Positions 9,621-17,667 of a stretch of DNA of 64,000 bases are shown piece by piece. The stretch's first letter is position 1. Every line of letters starts with the position of its first letter. Source of the stretch: Spirochaetia bacterium (lineage in GTDB: Bacteria; Spirochaetota; Spirochaetia; SZUA-6; Bin103); assembly GCA_965203905.1 (NCBI GenBank), contig CBDBDQ010000005.1, positions 2,464,001-2,528,000 on the forward strand, given 5' to 3'. The position numbers and the translations under genes are program-made. Below the pieces are notes generated by a model that was given only the letters and a program-made list of their open reading frames with translations, did not search any database and was not told where the DNA came from.

Positions 9621-9863
9621 GTGGTTACGTACGAATTCAAGGTGAACGGTGAGACGTTATTCTCAGATCAGCAGGCGGTGGACGCAGCGGTGCTGTTGCG
9701 AACCGCGTTCGCCGGCAAGGCTATTGGTGAGGATCCGGACAAGACCGGGTATGTGCTGAGGGTGCCCAACTCGGACGTGACGTTTGTGTCGGGGGAAGTG
9801 GTGGAACTCGACAAGTACAACGTATTTCGAGCGGTCCCGAAGAAGGGTGCACCGTTCGCATGA
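9621..9863 (+). CDS. small ubiquitin-like (multi-ubiquitin/beta-grasp) protein, about 80 aa (alternative start 9585)
   Basis: YEFKVNG...A..LL...YVL...GEVVELD...FRAVP fits the multi-ubiquitin domain pattern; GGAGGAG RBS before GTG 9621; first gene of the E2/JAB-E1 operon. Confidence 0.7.
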   Translation: MVTYEFKVNGETLFSDQQAVDAAVLLRTAFAGKAIGEDPDKTGYVLRVPNSDVTFVSGEVVELDKYNVFRAVPKKGAPFA

Positions 9864-10285
9864 GCAGGAACTCGGTGCGGATGGCCGCTGAACTCGTTGA
9901 ATTGGGCTATCGCCCAAGTCCGTTCACGGCGCCTCAGGAACAGGGCGGAGCCGATGGAGTCAGGTTCGAGTACCGGATCGAGAATGGCAGTCGCGAAAAA
10001 GACACCGTGACCTTGGCGGTGGCCGTCCACGAAGACGAAGGGGAGTGGCCCGAAGTGGCACCGCACTGGGTGTACCTGTCGCCGCCGGATGATGTTCTGG
10101 CGCAGCAGGTGAAGGGGGCGCAGCCACCGGGAGTTGTCGCGAAACACGAATGCGAGAACGGTCAGGTATGGATGGCGATCAGCGCCCCGCCGAGCGACTT
10201 TTGGGACCAAATCGACGCACAGGACGGCAAGAACATGAGGACCTATCTAAACAGCCACATCCGAAGAATCTGGAGCATGCGTTGA
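9860..10285 (+). CDS. prokaryotic E2/UBC-like protein
   Basis: FEYRI..G....V.LA...WPEVAPHWVYL.P (E2 YP..PP-like), W.AIS...FW, C-terminal helix YLNSHIRRIW; ATGA and TTGA overlaps with neighbours. Confidence 0.65.
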   Translation: MSRNSVRMAAELVELGYRPSPFTAPQEQGGADGVRFEYRIENGSREKDTVTLAVAVHEDEGEWPEVAPHWVYLSPPDDVLAQQVKGAQPPGVVAKHECENGQVWMAISAPPSDFWDQIDAQDGKNMRTYLNSHIRRIWSMR

Positions 10286-11781
10286 AGCATCGAGTTGTTC
10301 TGCGAGAAGTGCTCCATCGTCAACTCGCGGAGCACCTGCTTAGCCGTTTCCAGGACGGGGGACGCCAGGAGGAGGCTTGCTTGGCGCTGTGGCGGCGGGG
10401 GGACGGGTTCAACCGCTATACGGGGATTCTGTGCGAAGTCGTCCTGCCGGACGACGGTGATCGAGATCTGCACGGCAATGTCACGGTGCACGGAGGATAT
10501 TTGAACCGCGTTTTGGATCGCGCGCTCATGGCGAAGGCGGGGGTGGCGGTGCTTCACAGCCATCCTGGGCCTGGCTGGCAGGGGCTGAGCACCATGGACG
10601 ACGATACCGAGCGCAACATCATTGTGCCATTCATTCGAGAGACGGGGTTGCCGCTGCTCGGACTGACAATCGGCTCAGACGGTGTTTGGAGCGCTCGATT
10701 CTGGCAAGAGTCGCGACGTGGCCGCGTTGCGCCCGTGCAATGCACAGACGTGCGGCGGGTCGGGCCGCGCCACACTGGATCGGATTGGCCTCCTGACGGG
10801 CACCAACCGTACGCGCGCCGTCCAAGCTTGGTGCGGACAGTTGACAGTTGGGGGCTGGATGCGCAGGAAAGACTGGCTCGGACGCGCATCTGTGTGGTAG
10901 GCGCGGGGAGTGTCGGCTCGATCTTGCTCGAGTGCCTGGCGCGCACTGGTTTTGAGGAGATCACGATCATTGACCCTGACTCTGTCGAGGAAAGGAACCT
11001 GGATCGTCTGATCTACGCGGACCGACACTGCCTGGGTCTGCGTAAGGCGGAGGTGGCGGCGGCCTATGCGCGCAGGGTCGCCACCGCGCGCCGTCCAGTC
11101 ATTCGGCCCGTTCCATTGTCGATCCGCACAGAGAAAGCGTACCGGTTGGCGGCCGACGCCGACGTCATCGTCTGCTGTGTCGACAACGCGGAGGCGCGCG
11201 AGGTCTTGAATCACATCGCTTACGCGAACTGCCTTCCATTACTCGATGGCGGGGTTCTGGTGGAGTCGAGAGAGCGTCTACTGTCGGCGAAGTGGTCCGT
11301 TCATCTGGTTGGACCTGACATGCGTTGCCTGCGTTGCCGCGGTCAATACACAAGCAGTGATGCACGAGACGAGCGGTTGGGTATCAGGCGCGGTGGACGA
11401 TACGTCAACGATGGCGTTGAGGACGGTCCGGAGCCCGGCCAGAACACGATCTCTTTCTGCAACGTCGTGGCAGCCGAGGAGACAAGGATGCTTGTGCGTT
11501 ACTTGATCGGGGAGGATTGGTGGCACGACAGTGCCGCTACTGCCGGTCAGTGGTCGTTCGAACACCGGTTCGTAGAAGCAGAAACCGAGCCGTTTGAGCA
11601 TCCGGGCAGATGCGTCGAGAGCTGCGAGTTTGCACATATGCGCCTCGGACTCGGCGAGAGTGGGCGACCGAAGTACCCGTTCGCCGACGAGACATTAGAA
11701 GACTGGCGCAGGCGTGTGATGCGCTGGTACCGGCACGTTCGTATGAAGGTGGGCCGTGCGGTTGCAGGAGTATGCGCTTGA
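10282..11781 (+). CDS. JAB/MPN metallopeptidase - ThiF/E1 adenylyltransferase fusion (499 aa)
   Basis: TTG start overlapping the E2 stop, GGAG RBS; QEE...HSHPGPGWQGLSTMD (JAB); VVGAGSVGS, IIDPDSVEERNLDR, CCVDNAEAR, CLRC...CVESC (E1). Confidence 0.9.
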   Translation: MKHRVVLREVLHRQLAEHLLSRFQDGGRQEEACLALWRRGDGFNRYTGILCEVVLPDDGDRDLHGNVTVHGGYLNRVLDRALMAKAGVAVLHSHPGPGWQGLSTMDDDTERNIIVPFIRETGLPLLGLTIGSDGVWSARFWQESRRGRVAPVQCTDVRRVGPRHTGSDWPPDGHQPYARRPSLVRTVDSWGLDAQERLARTRICVVGAGSVGSILLECLARTGFEEITIIDPDSVEERNLDRLIYADRHCLGLRKAEVAAAYARRVATARRPVIRPVPLSIRTEKAYRLAADADVIVCCVDNAEAREVLNHIAYANCLPLLDGGVLVESRERLLSAKWSVHLVGPDMRCLRCRGQYTSSDARDERLGIRRGGRYVNDGVEDGPEPGQNTISFCNVVAAEETRMLVRYLIGEDWWHDSAATAGQWSFEHRFVEAETEPFEHPGRCVESCEFAHMRLGLGESGRPKYPFADETLEDWRRRVMRWYRHVRMKVGRAVAGVCA

Positions 11782-12089
11782 CCGTGTGCCATGCTGCGGC
11801 GCGCCGCAGCTGCGCGTTCGTAGCTGCGGAAGCAGCGCTCATCCGTGGCATCGGGGATGGACGGAGTTCTACCGGGTTTTCACGGAGAGTGACACAGCGC
11901 GATGCGCAGTCCGGTGGTGTCGGCGACGTCACCGCGGCCCTAAGGCGTACCTCAAGCGCATCCCAGCGCCGCCGTATGCGCTCGTCGAACAACCGGATCC
12001 GGCTCAGACTATGGTCTTGACCGCTTCGGACCAGAATAACTCTTATCAGAGAGACCGTGCGGGCAGCCGGCCGAACCTGGATCGGGGCG

Positions 12090-12782
12090 TCACTCCGGGC
12101 CGACGGTGGTGCCTGCATACGACGCGCCGTCGATGATGCGGTGCAGGTTGGTCAGGTCGCTGCCGGTGACCACCAGGGTCAGCCCCAACTCGCCGGCGCG
12201 CATGGTTGCGATCGGATCGAACGGCGCACTGTAGCCCGGCGACCAGCGTTCCCCCGTGAGGCCCTGCAACTCGACCCAGGAGAGGTGGTCGTATGCGCGC
12301 GCGTCAGGGTCGCCGCGCGGGTCGGCGCTGTAGACGTGGCCGACTTCCGACAGCTTCACCACGCGGTGCGCGCCCAGGCGCTCGGCAATGACCACGGCGT
12401 CGTAATCGTGGGAGAAGCCGGGCTTCCAGCCCGCCGCCACCAGCACCGGTGCCCGCAGCTCGGCGACCGTGGTGGGGTCGGTTACCACTTCGTCCGGAGC
12501 CAGGTCGGCGAACAGCCGCTTGATCAGCTCGGCGTTCAGCCGGGTCGCGGCGATGCCGATCCAGTCGGCCGCGGCGTCGTCGGCGGGCCGGGCCAGCGCG
12601 CGGTAGGCTGACTGGTAGCGCCGCGCCGGGTCGCCGCCTCCGCACACCACGACGAAGCGCCGGTCCGGGTGCGCGGCCACCTGGCTTCTCACCGCAGCGC
12701 AGAACTCTCCCACGAACTCGGTAGCCACGGCGCCGGGGGCAATGAGCGATCCACCGAGAGAGATGATCCAGACGCTCGGCAC
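12090..12782 (-). CDS. pyrH: UMP kinase, archaeal/spirochaete type
   Basis: IISLGGSLI, VVCGGG..AR.YQ, D.IGI.ATRLNA, GWKPGFSHDYDA, PFDPIA. Confidence 0.9.
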   Translation of the reverse strand: MPSVWIISLGGSLIAPGAVATEFVGEFCAAVRSQVAAHPDRRFVVVCGGGDPARRYQSAYRALARPADDAAADWIGIAATRLNAELIKRLFADLAPDEVVTDPTTVAELRAPVLVAAGWKPGFSHDYDAVVIAERLGAHRVVKLSEVGHVYSADPRGDPDARAYDHLSWVELQGLTGERWSPGYSAPFDPIATMRAGELGLTLVVTGSDLTNLHRIIDGASYAGTTVGPE

Positions 12783-12917
12783 GGCGCCACCATAACGGGC
12801 GTCGCGGCACCCGGCAACCGCCCGGCTGCCGCCGGCGCCGTGACCGGCCGGGCTTCGCGGCCGGCGGCCTCGAGCTGAGCTTGATGCTTTTGGCGCGGTT
12901 GTCTATACCAGGGCCAC

Positions 12918-13889
12918 ATGCAACGTGTGCTGGTGGCGGAGCCGATTGCCCCGGAAGGGGTGCAGGATCTCCGCAGCTATTCCGCGGTCGAGGTAGTGGA
13001 GCGCTACGGCTTGGCTCCCGACGAGCTGCGGCGTGCGGTCGCCTCGTGCGCAGCACTGCTGGTGCGCTCCCAGACCGCCGTCAATCGCGCCGTGATCGAG
13101 TCCGGGACCGAGCTGCGGGTGATCGGTCGTGCCGGGGCCGGCGTGGACAACATCGACGTGCCGGCGGCCACGGAACGCGGCGTGCTGGTGATGAACACGC
13201 CGGGCGCCAACGCCCAGGCCGCGGCCGAGCTTACCGTGGGCCTGATGTTCGCGGTGGCGCGCCGTATCGCCGCCGCTGACGCATCCGTCAAGGCCGGGCA
13301 CTGGGAGCGGTCCCGGTTCCGGGGCACCCAGCTACTGGGCAAGACCCTGGGCATCGTGGGGATCGGCAACGTGGGGCGGCTGGTGGCCCGCTCGGCGGGG
13401 GCGCTGGGCATGCACGTAATCGCCCACGATCCCTACGTGACGCCGGAGCTGGCGGCCGAGCACGGTGTCGTCCTGGTGTCGTTCGAGACCCTGCTGCAGG
13501 AGGCGGACTACATCAGCGTGCATACCCCTCTCACGGCCGGGTCACGGGGACTGATCGGCGCCGCCGAGATCGCGCGCATGAAGCGGGGCGTGTACCTGAT
13601 CAACTGCTCGCGCGGTGGGGTGATCGACGAAGCCGCGTTGCTCGCCGGGCTGGAGCAGGGTAGGGTAGCCGCGGCGGCACTGGACGTATACTCCCGCGAG
13701 CCCCCGCGAGATCTGGCAGTGGCGCGTCACCCGAGGGTGGTGGCGACGCCCCACATCGGTGCCCTGTCACTGGAGGCGCAACTCAACGTGGCGATCATGA
13801 TCGCAAACCAGATCGGACGCTTTCTGACCACCGGAGAAGTGGACTCGGCGGTGAATTCGGAGGCGGTCCGATCGCGGCCCACGGGCTGA
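12918..13889 (+). CDS. serA: D-3-phosphoglycerate dehydrogenase-like 2-hydroxyacid dehydrogenase (no ACT domain)
   Basis: IGRAGAGVDNID, GIVGIGNVG, INCSRGG, ALDVY..EP, TPHIGA. Confidence 0.8.
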   Translation: MQRVLVAEPIAPEGVQDLRSYSAVEVVERYGLAPDELRRAVASCAALLVRSQTAVNRAVIESGTELRVIGRAGAGVDNIDVPAATERGVLVMNTPGANAQAAAELTVGLMFAVARRIAAADASVKAGHWERSRFRGTQLLGKTLGIVGIGNVGRLVARSAGALGMHVIAHDPYVTPELAAEHGVVLVSFETLLQEADYISVHTPLTAGSRGLIGAAEIARMKRGVYLINCSRGGVIDEAALLAGLEQGRVAAAALDVYSREPPRDLAVARHPRVVATPHIGALSLEAQLNVAIMIANQIGRFLTTGEVDSAVNSEAVRSRPTG

Positions 13890-13979
13890 CCTTGCCGCCA
13901 CGTTCAGGGTGGTGCGAATCCTTGTTCCGGTGACGCACCGGAGCTATATTGGAGTCCGGCCAGCGCCGGGGTAGCAGCT

Positions 13980-14738
13980 ATGAGCATCGACATTACCGAC
14001 ATCCTCAGCGAGTGGGAGTTCGATCCTGACGACCAGTACCGCGTGGTGCCGGCGCGCGACGGGCGCGACGTGCTGCAGGTGCGGCAGCCCCTCGGCATCG
14101 AACAGTACGAATTGGACGGCAGGCCGGATGGCAGCACTCCCTTCGGCAAGGAGAGCATGCTCGATGAGATGACCGACCGGCTGTCCGCGTACCAGCATCG
14201 CCATGGCAACGATGCCGGGTTCAAGATCGACCGTGACGAATTCGCTCTGCTGCAGAACGAAGGCGTTCTCTACTACTATCGCTACTACATCCTGTTCCAG
14301 ATCGGGGACTACGAACGGACCTCGATGGACACCAATCACAACCTCAAGATCTGCGAGATCGTCGAGCGCTACGCGCACCACGACGACAAGAACGACATTC
14401 TCCAATTCCGTCCCTACATCCTGCGGATGAACGCCACGGCGCGGGCCATGGTGCTGCTCGGCGAGGGTCAGGGGTCGCAGGCATGCGCGGTCCTGGAGCG
14501 GGCGATCGAAGACGTCCGCCGGTTATCCGAGGTGGATACGCCGACGTTCCACTTCGAACGGGTACGCTCGTTGCAGTACCTGCGTGCCGCCCTCCGCGAA
14601 ATCAAGGCGAACAAGGTTCGCCCCCCGGTCGACCGGCTGCGTCTGGAGCTGCGCAAGGCGGTCAACAACGAGGAGTACGAGCGAGCCGCCCAACTGCGCG
14701 ACCGCATCCGTGACCTGACCAAGGCGGATGACGACTGA
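13980..14738 (+). CDS. conserved protein with C-terminal UvrB/UvrC (UVR) motif
   Basis: LRKAVNNEEYERAAQLRDRI at the C-terminus; G..Q.ELDGRPDG..P.G motif near the N-terminus. Confidence 0.8.
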   Translation: MSIDITDILSEWEFDPDDQYRVVPARDGRDVLQVRQPLGIEQYELDGRPDGSTPFGKESMLDEMTDRLSAYQHRHGNDAGFKIDRDEFALLQNEGVLYYYRYYILFQIGDYERTSMDTNHNLKICEIVERYAHHDDKNDILQFRPYILRMNATARAMVLLGEGQGSQACAVLERAIEDVRRLSEVDTPTFHFERVRSLQYLRAALREIKANKVRPPVDRLRLELRKAVNNEEYERAAQLRDRIRDLTKADDD

Positions 14739-14797
14739 TGTGGCGTCCCGCAGGTTAGCGGGCCGGCGCCGGCGCGGTCGCTGATCCGGGCGCGCCG

Positions 14798-15508
14798 ATG
14801 CTGAAGTGCGGCGGCTCCGGCCGGCAGCTCGGGTGCCGGCTGCCGGCGGTGGTCCTGCTGTGGCTTGCGGTCGCGGTGCCGGGAGCGCCACAGCAGGTAG
14901 TCACCGCGGAGAGCTTCTTCGAAGCGGTGTCCGCCACCTATGGCGGCATCGTCGACTACCAGGCCGACATTCGCATCACGCAGGGCGAGGTCGTAATGGA
15001 GGGCGCGCTCTCCTACAAACGTCCCAACCTGTTGCGCATCGACTTTACCAATCCGGAGGGCCAGGTCATCGTCAGCGACGGCTCGCTGTTGACGGTCTAC
15101 TACCCGCGGCTGGAGGTGATATTCGAGCAGCGCCTGCGGAACCGCGGGGGCGACAACGTCGCCGGCCTGGCGAGCCGCCAGGGACTCCACTTTCTGCAGA
15201 GCAACTACGCCATCGCCTACCTGGAGGAGCCCGACCCCGTGCCCCTGGATCCGGGCTCGGGCGAGCTGGTGGTCAAGCTCAAGCTCACCAGTCGGGCCGC
15301 CTCCGAGGGTTTTCGCCAGCTCGAGATCGCCGTCTCCCCCGGCAACTTGATTCGCCGCATCACCGGCATTTCCGTGGGCTTCGAAGAGCACCGCCTGGAT
15401 TTCTTCAACGTGCGCACCAATCAGAACATCCCCGACGGGCGCTTCGTCTACGATTCGCCGCCTTCCGCCAACGTCTACCGGGACTTTCTGTTCGAATCGG
15501 AGGAGTAG
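14798..15508 (+). CDS. lolA: LolA-like outer-membrane lipoprotein carrier
   Basis: Signal peptide; YKRPNLLRIDF..PEGQVIVSDGSLLTVY; NQNIPDGRF.Y..P. Confidence 0.8.
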   Translation: MLKCGGSGRQLGCRLPAVVLLWLAVAVPGAPQQVVTAESFFEAVSATYGGIVDYQADIRITQGEVVMEGALSYKRPNLLRIDFTNPEGQVIVSDGSLLTVYYPRLEVIFEQRLRNRGGDNVAGLASRQGLHFLQSNYAIAYLEEPDPVPLDPGSGELVVKLKLTSRAASEGFRQLEIAVSPGNLIRRITGISVGFEEHRLDFFNVRTNQNIPDGRFVYDSPPSANVYRDFLFESEE

Positions 15509-15510
15509 GA

Positions 15511-17667
15511 ATGGCCGCTGCCACTGCCTCCTCGGATCGCGGGGTGGACCTGGGTCGGCTCAACGACCGCCAGCGCCAAGCGGTGCAGCACGCCGGCTCG
15601 CCGCTGCTGATTCTAGCGGGAGCCGGTTCCGGCAAGACGCGCGTGATCACCACCAAGGTTGCACACCTCATCGCTACCGAGGCGGTGGCCGCGCGGCACA
15701 TTCTGGCCGTCACCTTCACCAACAAGGCCGCCGACGAGATGCGCTCCCGCGTGCACCGCCTGGTGGCCGACAGCGGTCGTGGCGATGCCGGCAAGCGGGT
15801 CATGGTGCGCACCTTCCACGCTTTCGGCGCCTGGTTGCTGCGGGTGTACGGCGAGCGCCTGGGGTTCGACCCGCAACGGCTCTCGATCTACGACGACGGC
15901 GACGCCCGCCAGGTTCTGCTGCGCCTGGTCGCCGCGGAGGATGACCAGTACCTCGCCAGCGACGTCCGCGACATGGCTGCCTGGATCACCACGGCCAAGA
16001 ACCGCGGGTTGCGACCGGATGCCGACCTCTCCTCGATGCGGCGTTCTCCATTTCCCATGGAGCGCATCTACGCGCGCTACCAGGCACGGCTGGCAGAGCT
16101 GAACGCGGCCGACTTCGGCGACCTGATTCTGCAGCCCCTGGCACTGCTGAGGCAGGACTCCGAGGTGCGTCAGCAGGTCCGCCACCGGTTCCGCGTGGTG
16201 CTCGTGGACGAGTTCCAGGATGCCAATCACGCCCAGTTCGAGCTGCTCCGGGCGCTGCACGAGCCACCCAACTACCTTTGCGTGGTAGGTGACGACGACC
16301 AGTCGATCTACCGCTTTCGCGGCGCCGACGTGGACGGTTTCCTGACCTTCCCCAAGCGCTTTGCCGGTACCGAGGTGGTGCGCCTGGAACAGAACTACCG
16401 CTCCACCGGCGCGATCCTGGACCTCGCTTCGGCGGTGGTGAGCAACAACCGCCGGCGCATGGGCAAGACGCTGTGGACGGAGCAGGACCAGGGCGACCTG
16501 CCCACCCTGGCGTATCTGCAGGACGCCGAGGAGGAAGCCCGCTACTGCGCCGAGCTGATTCGCCGCCGGCCGGCCGCCACCAGTGCGATCCTCTACCGCA
16601 TGAACTTCCAGTCGCGTACCTTCGAGACCTTGTTTCAGGCGCTCCACATCCCCTATCGGGTTGTGGGAACGGTGCGTTTCTACGAGCGCGAGGAGGTAAA
16701 GGATGCGCTGGCCTATCTGGGGCTGTGGTACAACCCGCGCGACGAAGTGGCGTTCCGGCGCGCGGTGAGCAAGCCGCGGCGCGGCATCGGCGAGAAGACC
16801 TCGAACCGCGTCGTGGCGCTGGCGGACGCCACGGAGGACGACCTGCTGGCCGCCACCGAGCGACTGGGCGCGACCACCCGCGGGCGTGCGGCAGCCGCGC
16901 TCACCGCCTTCGCGGAGCTGATGAGCGACCTGCAACGGATCGGCGCCGCGGCCAGCGTGGCGGAGCTGATGCGCGCGCTGCTCGACCGTTCCGGCCTCTA
17001 CGAGTGGGCGCTGGCCCAGGACCAGGCGGAGCGCACCACACGCGCCATGAACCTGGAGGAGCTGGTCAACGCCACCGCGGCGTATGGCAGCGGGCCGGCC
17101 GGCGTCGCCGCGTTTCTCCAGGATGCGCGCCTGGCCGGCGTCGGCGAGGAGGACGCGGCGGCGGACGGGAGCGCGGAGCCGGTGACCCTGATCACGGTTC
17201 ACAACACCAAGGGACTGGAGTTCGACCAGGTGATCGTCACCGGGCTGGAGGAGGGGATCTTTCCCGCCACCGAGCCGGGAGCCGCGCGCAGCGCCGTGTC
17301 GCAGGAAGACGAGGAGGAAGAGCGCCGGCTGTTCTACGTGGCCGCGACGCGGGCTCGCTACGCGCTCCATCTCACCTCGTGCGGGTGGCGCGCGGCGTTC
17401 GGGTTCGGCCGCGAACGGTACCCGAGCCGGTTTCTCAATGAGATTCCGCCGGAGTGCGTCCAGGTAACGGGCGCTGACGGCGACGGCGCCGCGGACGGAC
17501 TAAGCGTGGGTCAGTGGGTGGAGCACGTCGACTACGGCGTTGGCGAGGTTACTCGTTCCTGGACCCGGGAAGGCGAGGAACTCCTGCAGGTTCGCTTCGA
17601 ATCCGGCAAGACCGCAACGTTTATCGCCGCCTACGCGGACCTTGACCCCATTGCCGCCGATGAGTGA
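15511..17667 (+). CDS. uvrD: UvrD/PcrA ATP-dependent DNA helicase
   Basis: AGAGSGKT, TFTNKAA, VDEFQD, VGDDDQSIY.FRGA, LEQNYRS, TVHNTKGLEF, EERRLFYVA.TRA; start reset to ATG 15511. Confidence 0.95.
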   Translation: MAAATASSDRGVDLGRLNDRQRQAVQHAGSPLLILAGAGSGKTRVITTKVAHLIATEAVAARHILAVTFTNKAADEMRSRVHRLVADSGRGDAGKRVMVRTFHAFGAWLLRVYGERLGFDPQRLSIYDDGDARQVLLRLVAAEDDQYLASDVRDMAAWITTAKNRGLRPDADLSSMRRSPFPMERIYARYQARLAELNAADFGDLILQPLALLRQDSEVRQQVRHRFRVVLVDEFQDANHAQFELLRALHEPPNYLCVVGDDDQSIYRFRGADVDGFLTFPKRFAGTEVVRLEQNYRSTGAILDLASAVVSNNRRRMGKTLWTEQDQGDLPTLAYLQDAEEEARYCAELIRRRPAATSAILYRMNFQSRTFETLFQALHIPYRVVGTVRFYEREEVKDALAYLGLWYNPRDEVAFRRAVSKPRRGIGEKTSNRVVALADATEDDLLAATERLGATTRGRAAAALTAFAELMSDLQRIGAAASVAELMRALLDRSGLYEWALAQDQAERTTRAMNLEELVNATAAYGSGPAGVAAFLQDARLAGVGEEDAAADGSAEPVTLITVHNTKGLEFDQVIVTGLEEGIFPATEPGAARSAVSQEDEEEERRLFYVAATRARYALHLTSCGWRAAFGFGRERYPSRFLNEIPPECVQVTGADGDGAADGLSVGQWVEHVDYGVGEVTRSWTREGEELLQVRFESGKTATFIAAYADLDPIAADE

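Larger units (their letters stand above)
7650..12050. mobile_element. lower-GC accessory islet (probable defence islet), no integrase; boundaries approximate
   Basis: More A/T-ending codons and an AT-rich intergenic region than the flanks; accessory genes between tRNA-Leu and pyrH; no att duplication seen. Confidence 0.5.

Noticed and set aside
10150-10281. Upstream start for the JAB-E1 gene
   Set aside because: Would overlap the E2 gene by 136 bp; TTG 10282 has GGAG and a 4-bp coupling overlap
9621-11781. Thiamine/molybdopterin/cysteine sulfur-carrier operon or CBASS
   Set aside because: No ThiS/MoaD GG terminus, rhodanese or biosynthetic partners; no CD-NTase; an E2-like gene is present
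11782-12089. Gene remnant or att site at the islet end
   Set aside because: No recognisable motif in any frame and no copy of the tRNA sequence
14806-15510. N-terminal extension of the 953-aa UvrD ORF
   Set aside because: Overlaps lolA out of frame; ATG 15511 has an RBS and gives a normal-length helicase
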